Shown here: positions 18,822 through 27,145 of the stretch, piece after piece | How the letters are laid out: each line of letters begins with the position of its first letter | Numbering within the stretch: position 1 is the first letter of the stretch | NCBI GenBank assembly: GCA_964579265.1 | Contig: CAZOFO010000003.1 | Span: 23,584-87,583 of the forward strand | Source of the DNA: Candidatus Micrarchaeota archaeon | GTDB lineage: Archaea > B1Sed10-29 | Reading direction: 5' to 3' | Length of the DNA: 64,000 nucleotides | The notes under the pieces: model-generated | What the model saw: the letters and a program-made list of their open reading frames with translations, nothing else | Database searches by the model: none | Told to the model about the DNA's origin: nothing | Made by a program: the position numbers and the translations under genes

Positions 18822-19225
18822 AAATCAAAGGAAGATCAATATCAAAAGGTGAAGCAAAAGGAGAAGTAATGATATCTAAGGAACCAATAGGGTTCTATGG
18901 AGCTGTAAATCCAGAAACAGGTGAATTTATAGAAGAGGGACATGAATTAGAGGGAAAAAATATCTCTGGAAAAATACTAGTATTCCCAAAAGGAAAAGGA
19001 TCTACAGTAGGATCTTATGTCCTCTACGGTTTGGCAAAAAATAACAAAGCACCGAAAGCTATAATAAACAAAGAAACAGAAACAATCGTTGCAACAGGAT
19101 GTATACTTGGTGAAATACCTTGTGTGGATAAACTAGAAAAAGATCCTTTAAAAAATCTAAGCGAAGGAGAAAAATTAAAGGTAAATGGGGACCAAGGAAC
19201 TATTGAAAAAATGAATGAAGAATAG
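18818..19225 (+). CDS. Phosphomevalonate dehydratase small subunit (aconitase X swivel domain, DUF126)
   Basis: GKILVFPKGKGSTVGS; ATGA overlap with the large subunit. Confidence 0.9.
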   Translation: MKIKGRSISKGEAKGEVMISKEPIGFYGAVNPETGEFIEEGHELEGKNISGKILVFPKGKGSTVGSYVLYGLAKNNKAPKAIINKETETIVATGCILGEIPCVDKLEKDPLKNLSEGEKLKVNGDQGTIEKMNEE

Positions 19226-19236
19226 AGGTATTTTCT

Positions 19237-20019
19237 ATGGATAATTTAAAACTGCTTAAAGTAGGTGGATCAATAATCACTGAAAGAAAAGCAGAAAAAC
19301 CTACTCCAAGAGAAAAAGAAATGGAAAGAGTTGCAAAAGAGATATCAAAATCTTACTCTGAATCTATGAAAATGGTTTTAATACATGGGGCAGGTAGTTA
19401 CGGTCATCCTATAGTTAAGAGAACAGGTATATCTAATGGAATGTCTAATAGAAAAGATAAAGTTAATTTCGCAGAAACCCAAAGACTTCAAAATAAATTA
19501 AATTCATTATTTACCAAAAAACTAATAGAACAAGGCCTACCAGCTTTTCCCTTCCAGGCTTCGGCTTCAGCAGTGAGAAAAAATGAATTAAAAAGAATGG
19601 AAGTTGATCTAATTAAAAAACTCTTGGAAGAAAATGTTATACCTGTACTTTACGGTGTACCTGCTTACGATGAAGATAAAGGTTGTTCAATTCTTTCGGG
19701 AGATGAGATAATGCCTTTCTTAGCTAAGGAATTAGATGCAAACCTAATGCTCCATGGTACAGATGTAGAAGGAGTTTATACTTCTGATCCTTCTGAAGAT
19801 GATTCTGCAGAATTATTAAAGAATATAGGTTCTTTTGAAGAAGCTAAAAATTATTTAGGAGGAAGTAAACATACTGATGTGACTGGTGGGATGTTGAATA
19901 AAATAGAAAAAGCATTTGAATTAAATGTGGATAGTATTATCTTCAATGCTTCTACCAAAGGTAATATTAAGAAAGTTCTGAATGGTGAAGAAATTGGGAC
20001 CTATATAAATGCTTATTAA
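19237..20019 (+). CDS. ipk: Isopentenyl phosphate kinase
   Basis: KVGGSIIT, HGAGSYGH, SGDEI, DVTGGM. Confidence 0.92.
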   Translation: MDNLKLLKVGGSIITERKAEKPTPREKEMERVAKEISKSYSESMKMVLIHGAGSYGHPIVKRTGISNGMSNRKDKVNFAETQRLQNKLNSLFTKKLIEQGLPAFPFQASASAVRKNELKRMEVDLIKKLLEENVIPVLYGVPAYDEDKGCSILSGDEIMPFLAKELDANLMLHGTDVEGVYTSDPSEDDSAELLKNIGSFEEAKNYLGGSKHTDVTGGMLNKIEKAFELNVDSIIFNASTKGNIKKVLNGEEIGTYINAY

Positions 20020-21021
20020 TTATCTTGAAATTGATCCATTTACTCCCATTTTTGTAATAATAGTTTTTCCTCCTTCTTTTTCTATTGCTCGGGCTATTCC
20101 TTCCTGTTTCTCATTTGATGTAAGTGCGATCATTATGCCTCCTTTTCCTCCTCCGGATAGTTTTGCTCCGTAGGCTCCGTTCTCTCTTGCAGTTTGAATT
20201 AGTCTTTCTAGTTTTGGGTGGCTTACTCCTAATGTCTTCAGTTTCTCCTGGTTTTTGTTCATCAGTTCCCCTAGTTCCTCAGGTTTATTTTCTTCAACTG
20301 AACTTGCTCCTTTCTCGACCAATTCTTCTATTTCATTGAATATTCTGTTATAGCTTTCCGGGTGCTTTTCCCATCCTTTTTTTACATAAGGGACTGTTTC
20401 ACTTGTTTCTGATTTTATCTGTGTATCTCCTATTACTATTTGAAGAGGTTTTGGATCTTTATTTTCGTATTCTATACCTATTTCTTTTTCTTCTTTCTTC
20501 CTAACTGTATTGTATCCTCCTAATGAGCTTGAAATTATTTCACTCCCCGATGCTGCCCCTCCGTGTATCCTTACTTGTATAGGGTATATTGTTTTGAAGT
20601 ATTCTTCTGCATTCATCTCTGTATCAGTTACTTTATTTAAGGTTCTTAGCAGTGATGAGGTTACTGCGGTAGAACTGCTCATTCCTCCTGATTCTTTAGG
20701 TATTTCTGTATCTATTTTTATCTGTAGACCTGTTTCTAAGTTTTTATATTCGTTATAGATAGATAAAAGATCGATTAAAGGGTCTAATTCATGTGTATAA
20801 TCTTCTGGAGAATTATATTCAACTTTTTTTATTTTCTCTAGTTCTAAGTTTTTTTCTCCGTATCCTTTGGATTTTATATTTATTTTTTTATCTTTTCTTT
20901 TTTCGATTTTTGTCTCTGTATATTTTCCTATTGATGCTATCAATGCTTTTCTTCCATAGACTACGCTATGTTCTCCCAGTAGAAATATATTTCCTGGTGC
21001 TTTTGCTTTTTTTCTTTTCAT
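20020..21021 (-). CDS. mvk: Mevalonate kinase (GHMP family, divergent active site)
   Basis: GEHSVVYG, GELMNKNQ, GAKLSGGGKGG; canonical position after rps2. Confidence 0.8.
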   Translation of the reverse strand: MKRKKAKAPGNIFLLGEHSVVYGRKALIASIGKYTETKIEKRKDKKINIKSKGYGEKNLELEKIKKVEYNSPEDYTHELDPLIDLLSIYNEYKNLETGLQIKIDTEIPKESGGMSSSTAVTSSLLRTLNKVTDTEMNAEEYFKTIYPIQVRIHGGAASGSEIISSSLGGYNTVRKKEEKEIGIEYENKDPKPLQIVIGDTQIKSETSETVPYVKKGWEKHPESYNRIFNEIEELVEKGASSVEENKPEELGELMNKNQEKLKTLGVSHPKLERLIQTARENGAYGAKLSGGGKGGIMIALTSNEKQEGIARAIEKEGGKTIITKMGVNGSISR

Positions 21022-21032
21022 ATTTGATCTTT

Positions 21033-21650
21033 CTATTTGAATTGGAAATCTTCTATCTCTTCGTCAAATTCATCGTTTTCTTTTATTATCTCTTTGTTTT
21101 TCAGTGTTTCTCTTGCTATTAGGTAGTAGGCTAGTGCCAGAGATTGTTTTCCTTTATTGTTTATAGGTAGAATCAAGTCTATGTTGTTCACCATGTTTGA
21201 AGTATCACATAGGCTTATTACTGGTGTTTTGGATATTCTTGCTTCTTCTATTGCTTGTTGGTCTACTGATGGGTCCGCTGTTATTACTAGTTCTGGTTCC
21301 AGGAATTTGTCTCCTCTAGGGTTTGTTAGTAGTCCTGGTGGGTATCTTCCGGTTTCTGAGTTTGCTCCTATTTTGTCAGCCATTTTTTCAGCTGGTTTTT
21401 GAGCGTATTTTCTCCCTGCTACTACTAGTATCTTGTTTGGGTCTTTTTCTGCTATCATGTTCGCTGCTTTTTTAATTCTTTCATCTATTTTTGCTATGTT
21501 AAGTAACCATAATCCATCATCTCTACATTTATAAGTGAAAGGATCCATTTGTCCTGTTTTGTATTTCGATCCTATGTGTGCTCCTGTCTCTAGGTATTTT
21601 TCTACGGATACTAATGGGTTTTCTATTTTTCCTTGTTCGTTTTTTTCCAT
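21033..21650 (-). CDS. rps2: 30S ribosomal protein S2 (uS2)
   Basis: YLETGAHIG, GRYPPGLLTNP, NNKGKQSL. Confidence 0.96.
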   Translation of the reverse strand: MEKNEQGKIENPLVSVEKYLETGAHIGSKYKTGQMDPFTYKCRDDGLWLLNIAKIDERIKKAANMIAEKDPNKILVVAGRKYAQKPAEKMADKIGANSETGRYPPGLLTNPRGDKFLEPELVITADPSVDQQAIEEARISKTPVISLCDTSNMVNNIDLILPINNKGKQSLALAYYLIARETLKNKEIIKENDEFDEEIEDFQFK

Positions 21651-21701
21651 TTTTGGTTCACCTGTATTTTTTGTTTATTCGTTAGTTTTAATATTTTCTT
21701 T

Positions 21702-22937
21702 TTATCTGCTTATGTAGTGTTCTATTCTGATCAATTCATTTAGTTTTGCTACTCTTTCTCCTCCTGCTATCCCTGTTTTTATTATTGGTATGTTTTCTGC
21801 TAGTGCTATGTGAGCTATTGTTGAGTCGTTTGTTTCACCTGATCTATGGGATATTACAGGGGTGTATCCAATTTCTTTTGCTTTTTTTATTGTTTTTCTT
21901 GTTTCGGTTATTGTGCCTATTTGGTTTGGTTTTATAAGGATGGAGTTGCAGGCTTTTTTTTCTATCCCTTTTTCTAATCTTTCTATTTTGGTTGTGAATA
22001 GATCGTCTCCGCATATTGTCTTTTCTGGGTTTTTTTCTGTTAATTCAGCGTGTTTTTCGTAGTCTTCTTCTTGTAGAGGGTCTTCTATATATTCTAAGTC
22101 GTATTTTTCTATTAGTTTTTGGATGTATTCTAATTGTTCTTCCGGTGTTCTTTCTTTATCTTGGTATTGATACTTTCCTTTTCTATAGAATTCAGATGCT
22201 GCTACGTCTATTCCTAGTTTTATATCTATTTCAGGGTTTAAACCATTTTCTTTTTCTTTAATTTGTTTTAATGTTTTTTCTCTTGCTTCTTTTATCGTTT
22301 CTAGAGATTTTTCATTATTTAGAGTAGTGGTATATCCATTTTCTAGGTCTTTACCTGCTGTGAAGTGTTTATCTTTCTTTTTTAGTATTTTTTTCACGTT
22401 CTTTTGCATTTTTACATTTACTATGCATGATTCTTTGAATGTGTCTGTTTTTATCGGTATTGATAGGAATTCTTGTATTTCAGGGCCTTTTCCTGCGTGT
22501 TGTCCTCCTCCTATGAGTTTTCCTAGTGGTTGTGGTAGTATGTATTCATTTCTTTCTTCTAGGTGGAAGTATAGTGGTTTTTCTTCTGTATCTGCTGCTG
22601 CTTTTGCTATTGCTGTTGATAGAGAGAGGGTTATTGCTGCTCCGTAGTTTTCTAGATTTTCAGTTCCGTCTATTTCTTTTATTTTTTCATCTATTTCTTC
22701 TTGGTTTTCTGAGTTCATCCCTATTATTGACGGGTATAGCTGTCTTTCTGCTTTTTTAATTAGTTCTTTTGGTTTTTCTGGTGTTTGTTTTACTTCGTGT
22801 TTTCCTGCTGATGTTCCTGTGGGGGTGCTTGCTCTTCCAAATCCTGTTGAGGTATAAACATCTGTTTCTATTGTTTTTTCTCCTTTTGAATTCAGTATTA
22901 TCTTTGAATCAATTTCTTTTATATCTGATTCTTTCAT
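21702..22937 (-). CDS. eno: Enolase
   Basis: IQEF, DVAASEF, IEDP, GDDL, KPNQIG, SHRSGET, KLNELIRIE. Confidence 0.95.
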   Translation of the reverse strand: MKESDIKEIDSKIILNSKGEKTIETDVYTSTGFGRASTPTGTSAGKHEVKQTPEKPKELIKKAERQLYPSIIGMNSENQEEIDEKIKEIDGTENLENYGAAITLSLSTAIAKAAADTEEKPLYFHLEERNEYILPQPLGKLIGGGQHAGKGPEIQEFLSIPIKTDTFKESCIVNVKMQKNVKKILKKKDKHFTAGKDLENGYTTTLNNEKSLETIKEAREKTLKQIKEKENGLNPEIDIKLGIDVAASEFYRKGKYQYQDKERTPEEQLEYIQKLIEKYDLEYIEDPLQEEDYEKHAELTEKNPEKTICGDDLFTTKIERLEKGIEKKACNSILIKPNQIGTITETRKTIKKAKEIGYTPVISHRSGETNDSTIAHIALAENIPIIKTGIAGGERVAKLNELIRIEHYISR

Positions 22938-22984
22938 TTTGGTTTCTCCTATTATGTTTTTCTATTTTCTCGAGACTTAGGTAA

Positions 22985-23092
22985 TGGGGCCAGCGAGATT
23001 TTCCTCAAAAGAGTCCTGTGGACTCCTGTTGATCTTGAACTCACGTCACCACCGCCCCGGGGTGGTAGGATGCCAGGCTACCCTATGGCCCC
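22985..23092 (-). tRNA. tRNA-Pro(GGG) with 35-nt T-loop intron (22999-23033)
   Basis: GGGGCCA/TGGCCCC acceptor, CCACC-CCGGGGC-GGTGG anticodon arm, T-loop interrupted by a BHB-like hairpin insert. Confidence 0.88.
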
Positions 23093-23286
23093 ATTCGCGA
23101 GTATTTGTTTATTTCATCTATTATGTCTACTTGGGCTGTGAACATTCTTCTACAGCAGTATCTTTCCAATTTTAATTCGTCCATTACTTTTTCTGGGTTT
23201 TCTCCGTTTTCTATCTTTTCTTTGTATTCTTCCCAGAGGTGTCCTATTGGTTTTCCACAACTGAAGCATCTTACGGGTATCATCAT
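23083..23286 (-). CDS. rpoN: RNA polymerase subunit N (Rpo10)
   Basis: IPVRCFSCGK, RYCCRRM. Confidence 0.97.
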   Translation of the reverse strand: MMIPVRCFSCGKPIGHLWEEYKEKIENGENPEKVMDELKLERYCCRRMFTAQVDIIDEINKYSRMGP

Positions 23287-23311
23287 TTTTGTTCACCTTT
23301 TTTGGGGCACT

Positions 23312-23728
23312 TTATCTGTATGATTTGATTGGTTTTGCTCTTGCTCCTTTTCTCATTGGTTTCTTTGGCTCTTTTCTTCTGTAATCATCTACTAGTATTG
23401 ATCTGTCGTATTCTCTGTATTTTTCTTCCAGTTCTTCTGAGCCACTCCATTCTACTAGTGCTTTCCCTATTGAGGTTCTAGTGGCTGCTGCTTGTCCTGC
23501 TTTTCCTCCGCCTTTCACATTTGTTTTTATTTTTATCTTTTCAAGTTTCTCTTTTCCCAGAATTTTCTCAGCTATTCTTATTGGTTCTTTTATCATTCTT
23601 CTGTATAATTCAGGAGTGTATAAGTCTATTGGTTGATTATTAATTTTTATTGTTCCTTTTCCTTCCTTTATGGTTGTTCTAGCTACTGCTTTTTTCTTTT
23701 TTCCTTTTTTGAATACATGTTTAGCCAT
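23312..23728 (-). CDS. rps9: 30S ribosomal protein S9 (uS9)
   Basis: GKKKKAVAR, VKGGG..GQA, EPKK..GARA..KSYR. Confidence 0.96.
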   Translation of the reverse strand: MAKHVFKKGKKKKAVARTTIKEGKGTIKINNQPIDLYTPELYRRMIKEPIRIAEKILGKEKLEKIKIKTNVKGGGKAGQAAATRTSIGKALVEWSGSEELEEKYREYDRSILVDDYRRKEPKKPMRKGARAKPIKSYR

Positions 23729-23741
23729 TTTTTCATCCTCT

Positions 23742-24158
23742 TTATTGTTTTAATCCTAATTCTTCACATAGTTCTTTTATTGTGATATGTGGTTTATCTT
23801 TTTTTATTTTTATATTATCTTCTGATTTTTCTTCTAGTCCTTCTGGAACTCCCAAGTATGCTTTTATTTTTTTCTTAGCCTTTTTACCTCTTTGTTTTTT
23901 CATTGGAAGCATTTTCTCTGTTGCTCTTTTTAGGAATAGATCGGGTCTTCTTGATATTGTTTTTGGACTTTTTCTTGGGTTTCCTAAGTCTCTTAGATTG
24001 AATTTGTCTCTGTATTTTTGCACTATATTCTGTTTTTTTCCCACTATTATTGCTTTTTCAGAGTTTATTATTCTGACTTCTTTTCCTTTTTGAGCTTCTT
24101 CGGATGCTTTTGATGCTATTCTTCCGAGTGGTTTTCCTTCTCCGTTTATTATGTACAT
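23742..24158 (-). CDS. rpl13: 50S ribosomal protein L13 (uL13)
   Basis: LGRIAS, INSEKA, RPD, MLP. Confidence 0.93.
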   Translation of the reverse strand: MYIINGEGKPLGRIASKASEEAQKGKEVRIINSEKAIIVGKKQNIVQKYRDKFNLRDLGNPRKSPKTISRRPDLFLKRATEKMLPMKKQRGKKAKKKIKAYLGVPEGLEEKSEDNIKIKKDKPHITIKELCEELGLKQ

Positions 24159-24163
24159 TTTGT

Positions 24164-24523
24164 TCACTTTATTATCTTCATTTTTTCTTTTGATGGTTTT
24201 TTATCTTTCATTTCTTCTATTGTGAAGGCTTTTGATTTTGTTTTGTTTATTTTTTCATTGGCTTTGTTTGAATATGTTAATGCTGCTATTTCTATTTTTT
24301 TATCTTTATTTATTTCTCCGTATCCAAGTACTTTTCCAGGTATTAATATTATTTCTCCGTCTTCCGCTTCTTTGTCTATTTTTCTTAGGTTTACTTCAGC
24401 TCTTTTTCTATTTGGTTTACCTAGTTCTTTTCCTAGGTCTTTCCAAATTCCTTTTTCTTTTTCCAGAGTTCTTATTAGACTTTTTAGTCTTTTGTTCTGT
24501 ATTCTGTTTTTCCTTTTACTCAT
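24164..24523 (-). CDS. rpl18e: 50S ribosomal protein L18e
   Basis: VNLRKI, PGKVLG-x-G. Confidence 0.93.
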   Translation of the reverse strand: MSKRKNRIQNKRLKSLIRTLEKEKGIWKDLGKELGKPNRKRAEVNLRKIDKEAEDGEIILIPGKVLGYGEINKDKKIEIAALTYSNKANEKINKTKSKAFTIEEMKDKKPSKEKMKIIK

Positions 24524-24550
24524 TTTAATCATTTTTTATTGTTGTGGGGA

Positions 24551-24669
24551 TGCGGGGAACGGGATGTTCACCCAAAGAAGCTAATAGCTTCTTCTTGGTT
24601 TTGAACCCGTGAAGGCACTAAGCCACATGGCCCTCAACCATGCCCTTTTGACCGCTCAGGCATCCCCGC
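24551..24669 (-). tRNA. tRNA-Leu(GAG) with 35-nt T-loop intron (24565-24599)
   Basis: GCGGGGA/TCCCCGC acceptor, CATGG-TTGAGGG-CCATG anticodon arm, long variable arm, BHB intron at 59/60. Confidence 0.92.
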
Positions 24670-25278
24670 TTATTCCTGTTCTTCTATTTTTTCTTGTAGT
24701 TCTTCTGCTTTTTCCTTGAGGATTTTTAATGATTGTTCTAGTAGTTCTTCTGGTTCTTTTTTTACGTATGATTCTACAGTGAATTTGAATTCGTCTTCTG
24801 GATCTTCTTCTGATTCTTTTTCTACATCTGTTTTATAGGTTGCTAGGCAGGGTTTGTGTCTGGCGTGTTCTTTCCCTAATCCGAGTTCTATTGTTCCTTC
24901 TAGCTCTATTTCTTGGTTTTCTTCTAGTTTTATTATTGGTGTTTTTGGGTATATTACTTCTATTTTTGGATCTTCTATTTCCATTTGTTCTGCGTGTACT
25001 ATCCCTGGGTCCTTTGCTGTTAGCGTCATCATTGTTGATGGTGATTCTTCGGTTAATTCGTAGTCTTCTGGGGTGGATATTGGTGTCATTCCTATTCTGT
25101 GTGCTATGTATTCATCGAACATTGGTGATGTATTTTCGAAGAAGCTTACTTTCGTGATTGCTAGGGTAGGTATTTCTCTTTGCATTGTTCTCCTTATTGC
25201 ATTGGCTGTTGGTGGGTTTGAGTCTTTTAGAGTGAATTCTAGCTTTTCTTCTTTTTTTTCTAGGTCTTCTATTTTCAT
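24670..25278 (-). CDS. rpoD: RNA polymerase subunit D (Rpo3), short form
   Basis: ANAIRR, NTS.MFDEYIAHRIG, GKEHAR, FTVES; lacks the Cys-containing domain 3. Confidence 0.95.
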   Translation of the reverse strand: MKIEDLEKKEEKLEFTLKDSNPPTANAIRRTMQREIPTLAITKVSFFENTSPMFDEYIAHRIGMTPISTPEDYELTEESPSTMMTLTAKDPGIVHAEQMEIEDPKIEVIYPKTPIIKLEENQEIELEGTIELGLGKEHARHKPCLATYKTDVEKESEEDPEDEFKFTVESYVKKEPEELLEQSLKILKEKAEELQEKIEEQE

Positions 25279-25300
25279 TTTTATCTTCCTCTATCTCGTG

Positions 25301-25687
25301 TTATACTCTTCTTCCTCTTTTTCCGCCTGGTTTTTTGGTTCCATCGTGTGGGATTGGTGTGACGTCTTCTATTTTTCCTACGTTTAATCTGCTTCTTGAT
25401 AGTGCTCTTATTGCTGCCTGTGCTCCTGGTCCTGGCATTTTTGATTTGTGTCCTCCGGGTGCTCTAATTTTTATATGTATTCCTTTTAATCCTTTTTTAG
25501 ATGCTTCTTTTGCTGCTCTTTTTGCTGCTTTCATTGCGGTGTGTGGTTCTCCTTTTTTTCTATCTGCTTTTGCTATCATTCCTCCGCTACATTTTGATAG
25601 TGTTTCGGAGCCTGTTGAATCTGTTATTGTTATTATGGTGTTGTTGTTTGATGAATGTACGTGAGCTATTCCCCATTTCTTTTTCAT
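25301..25687 (-). CDS. rps11: 30S ribosomal protein S11 (uS11)
   Basis: NNTII-x-[31 protein letters not shown]. Confidence 0.97.
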   Translation of the reverse strand: MKKKWGIAHVHSSNNNTIITITDSTGSETLSKCSGGMIAKADRKKGEPHTAMKAAKRAAKEASKKGLKGIHIKIRAPGGHKSKMPGPGAQAAIRALSRSRLNVGKIEDVTPIPHDGTKKPGGKRGRRV

Positions 25688-25706
25688 TTTTTACACCTGT
25701 TCTATT

Positions 25707-26447
25707 TTAGTCTTCTTTGTTTATCTGTCTTTTTATCCATTTTTTAAGTGTTTTTCTGTCTTTGTTTTGTTTTTCTGTTTCTAGTAGTTCTTCGTATTGT
25801 TTTTTATTGAAGTTTTGTGATTTTTCTTTTATTTCTGAAATGTTTTTCTTGGATAGTTTTTCGTAGTCTTTTTCTTCTGCTTCTTCTTTTGTTTCTTTTT
25901 TCGGTTTTGTTCTTTTTTGTTTCATTGTTTTTTGTTCTCTGGTTTTCTTTTGTGGTTTTTTACTAGCTTCTGCTTGTTCTATTGGTCTTCTGTACCAGTC
26001 TATTGTGTTTTCTTCTTCTTTTGGGATTATTATTCCTGGTTTTGTGGTTTTTCTGCCGTTGATTTCTATGTGTCCATGAGTTATAAGTTGTCTTGATTGT
26101 TTAGGTGTTCTTCCGTATCCTTTTCTCCATGCTAGAGTTTGTAGTCTTCTTTCCAGGTAGTCTTTAGTAGTCATTGATAAGACGTCGTCTATTCCTCCGT
26201 TTTCTTTTATGAATCCTTGTCTTCTTAATTTCTTGAGGAAGTTTTCTTTCTTTCTTTTTACTTCTTCTTCTCTCTGTCCGATTATTTGTCTTGCTATTTT
26301 TCTATATTTTCTTACTTGTGATTGAGCTTTCCATACTTCTTTCTTGTTTTTCAATCCGTAGTTCTTTTTTAGTTCTTTTTCTTTTGATAAGTTCTGCCAG
26401 TTCCAAGGGTGTCTTGGTTTTTGGTATTTCTTGCTTTTTTTCCTCAT
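25707..26447 (-). CDS. rps4: 30S ribosomal protein S4 (uS4) with basic linker and C-terminal 50-aa accessory domain
   Basis: YGLKNKKEVW, LERRLQT, SRQLITHGHI, then about 90-aa extension. Confidence 0.95.
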   Translation of the reverse strand: MRKKSKKYQKPRHPWNWQNLSKEKELKKNYGLKNKKEVWKAQSQVRKYRKIARQIIGQREEEVKRKKENFLKKLRRQGFIKENGGIDDVLSMTTKDYLERRLQTLAWRKGYGRTPKQSRQLITHGHIEINGRKTTKPGIIIPKEEENTIDWYRRPIEQAEASKKPQKKTREQKTMKQKRTKPKKETKEEAEEKDYEKLSKKNISEIKEKSQNFNKKQYEELLETEKQNKDRKTLKKWIKRQINKED

Positions 26448-26458
26448 TTCTGATCACT

Positions 26459-26935
26459 TTATTTTTGAACTTCTCTTTTATCTACTTCTACTCCTAGTTC
26501 TAGTCCGCTTCTTCCTGTTGTTTGTGTTCTCTGTCCTCTTACTCTTAGACCGTGTTTGTGTCTTATTCCTTTGTAGCAATGTATTTCTTTCATGAATTCA
26601 ATATCTCTTCTTCTTTGTAGATCTAGGTTTGATCCTGTTAAGTGTTTGTTTTCTCCTGTTTTTCTGTCTTTTCTTCTGTTTAGCAGGTGTTTTGGTATTC
26701 CGTATTCGTTTGGTTCTTCTATGATTTTTTCTACTTTTTCTATTTCTTCTTCAGTTAGGTCTCCTACTTTGGTCTCTAGTTTTCTTTCTTTGTCTGTTTC
26801 TTTGATTAGTTCTGTTGCTATTGATTTGGATAGGTTTCTACCTATTCCTTTTATTTCTTTGAAGGCTGTTCTGATTTCTTTTTCTCCGTTTATGTCTTTT
26901 CCTGCTATACGGATTATTTTCTTTGTGTCTGGCAT
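26459..26935 (-). CDS. rps13: 30S ribosomal protein S13 (uS13)
   Basis: IKGIG, NRRKD, YKGIRH..GLRVRGQRT. Confidence 0.97.
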   Translation of the reverse strand: MPDTKKIIRIAGKDINGEKEIRTAFKEIKGIGRNLSKSIATELIKETDKERKLETKVGDLTEEEIEKVEKIIEEPNEYGIPKHLLNRRKDRKTGENKHLTGSNLDLQRRRDIEFMKEIHCYKGIRHKHGLRVRGQRTQTTGRSGLELGVEVDKREVQK

Positions 26936-27014
26936 TTAGTACACCTTATTAGTGTTTATCTTATCTTTTGATAAGGATAAGATTTTACTCATCCTTTTTT
27001 GGTTTTCTTTTGCT

Positions 27015-27048
27015 ATGGGTCAAAGCCGTTTCTTTTTTGGCTCGCCAT
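27015..27048 (-). promoter_or_regulatory. Canonical K-turn hairpin in the rps13 (alpha operon) leader
   Basis: Transcript AUGG-C-GA-GCC...GGC-UUU-GA-C-CCAU; TATA-like CTTTATAAAG at about 27103-27112 upstream. Confidence 0.55.
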
Positions 27049-27145
27049 CTGAAGTGAGAGTTAGTATTGGTTTTTGATGTAGTATTATTTTTTTACTCCT
27101 GCTTTATAAAGGCTTTCTAATTATCTTTCTTTTTTGTTTTTTCTA

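Noticed and set aside
24541..24558. TCCCCACA immediately after the tRNA-Leu 3' end (TCCCCGCA), like an att-site duplication
   Set aside because: Only 8 nt with a mismatch, and no integrase or inserted element nearby.
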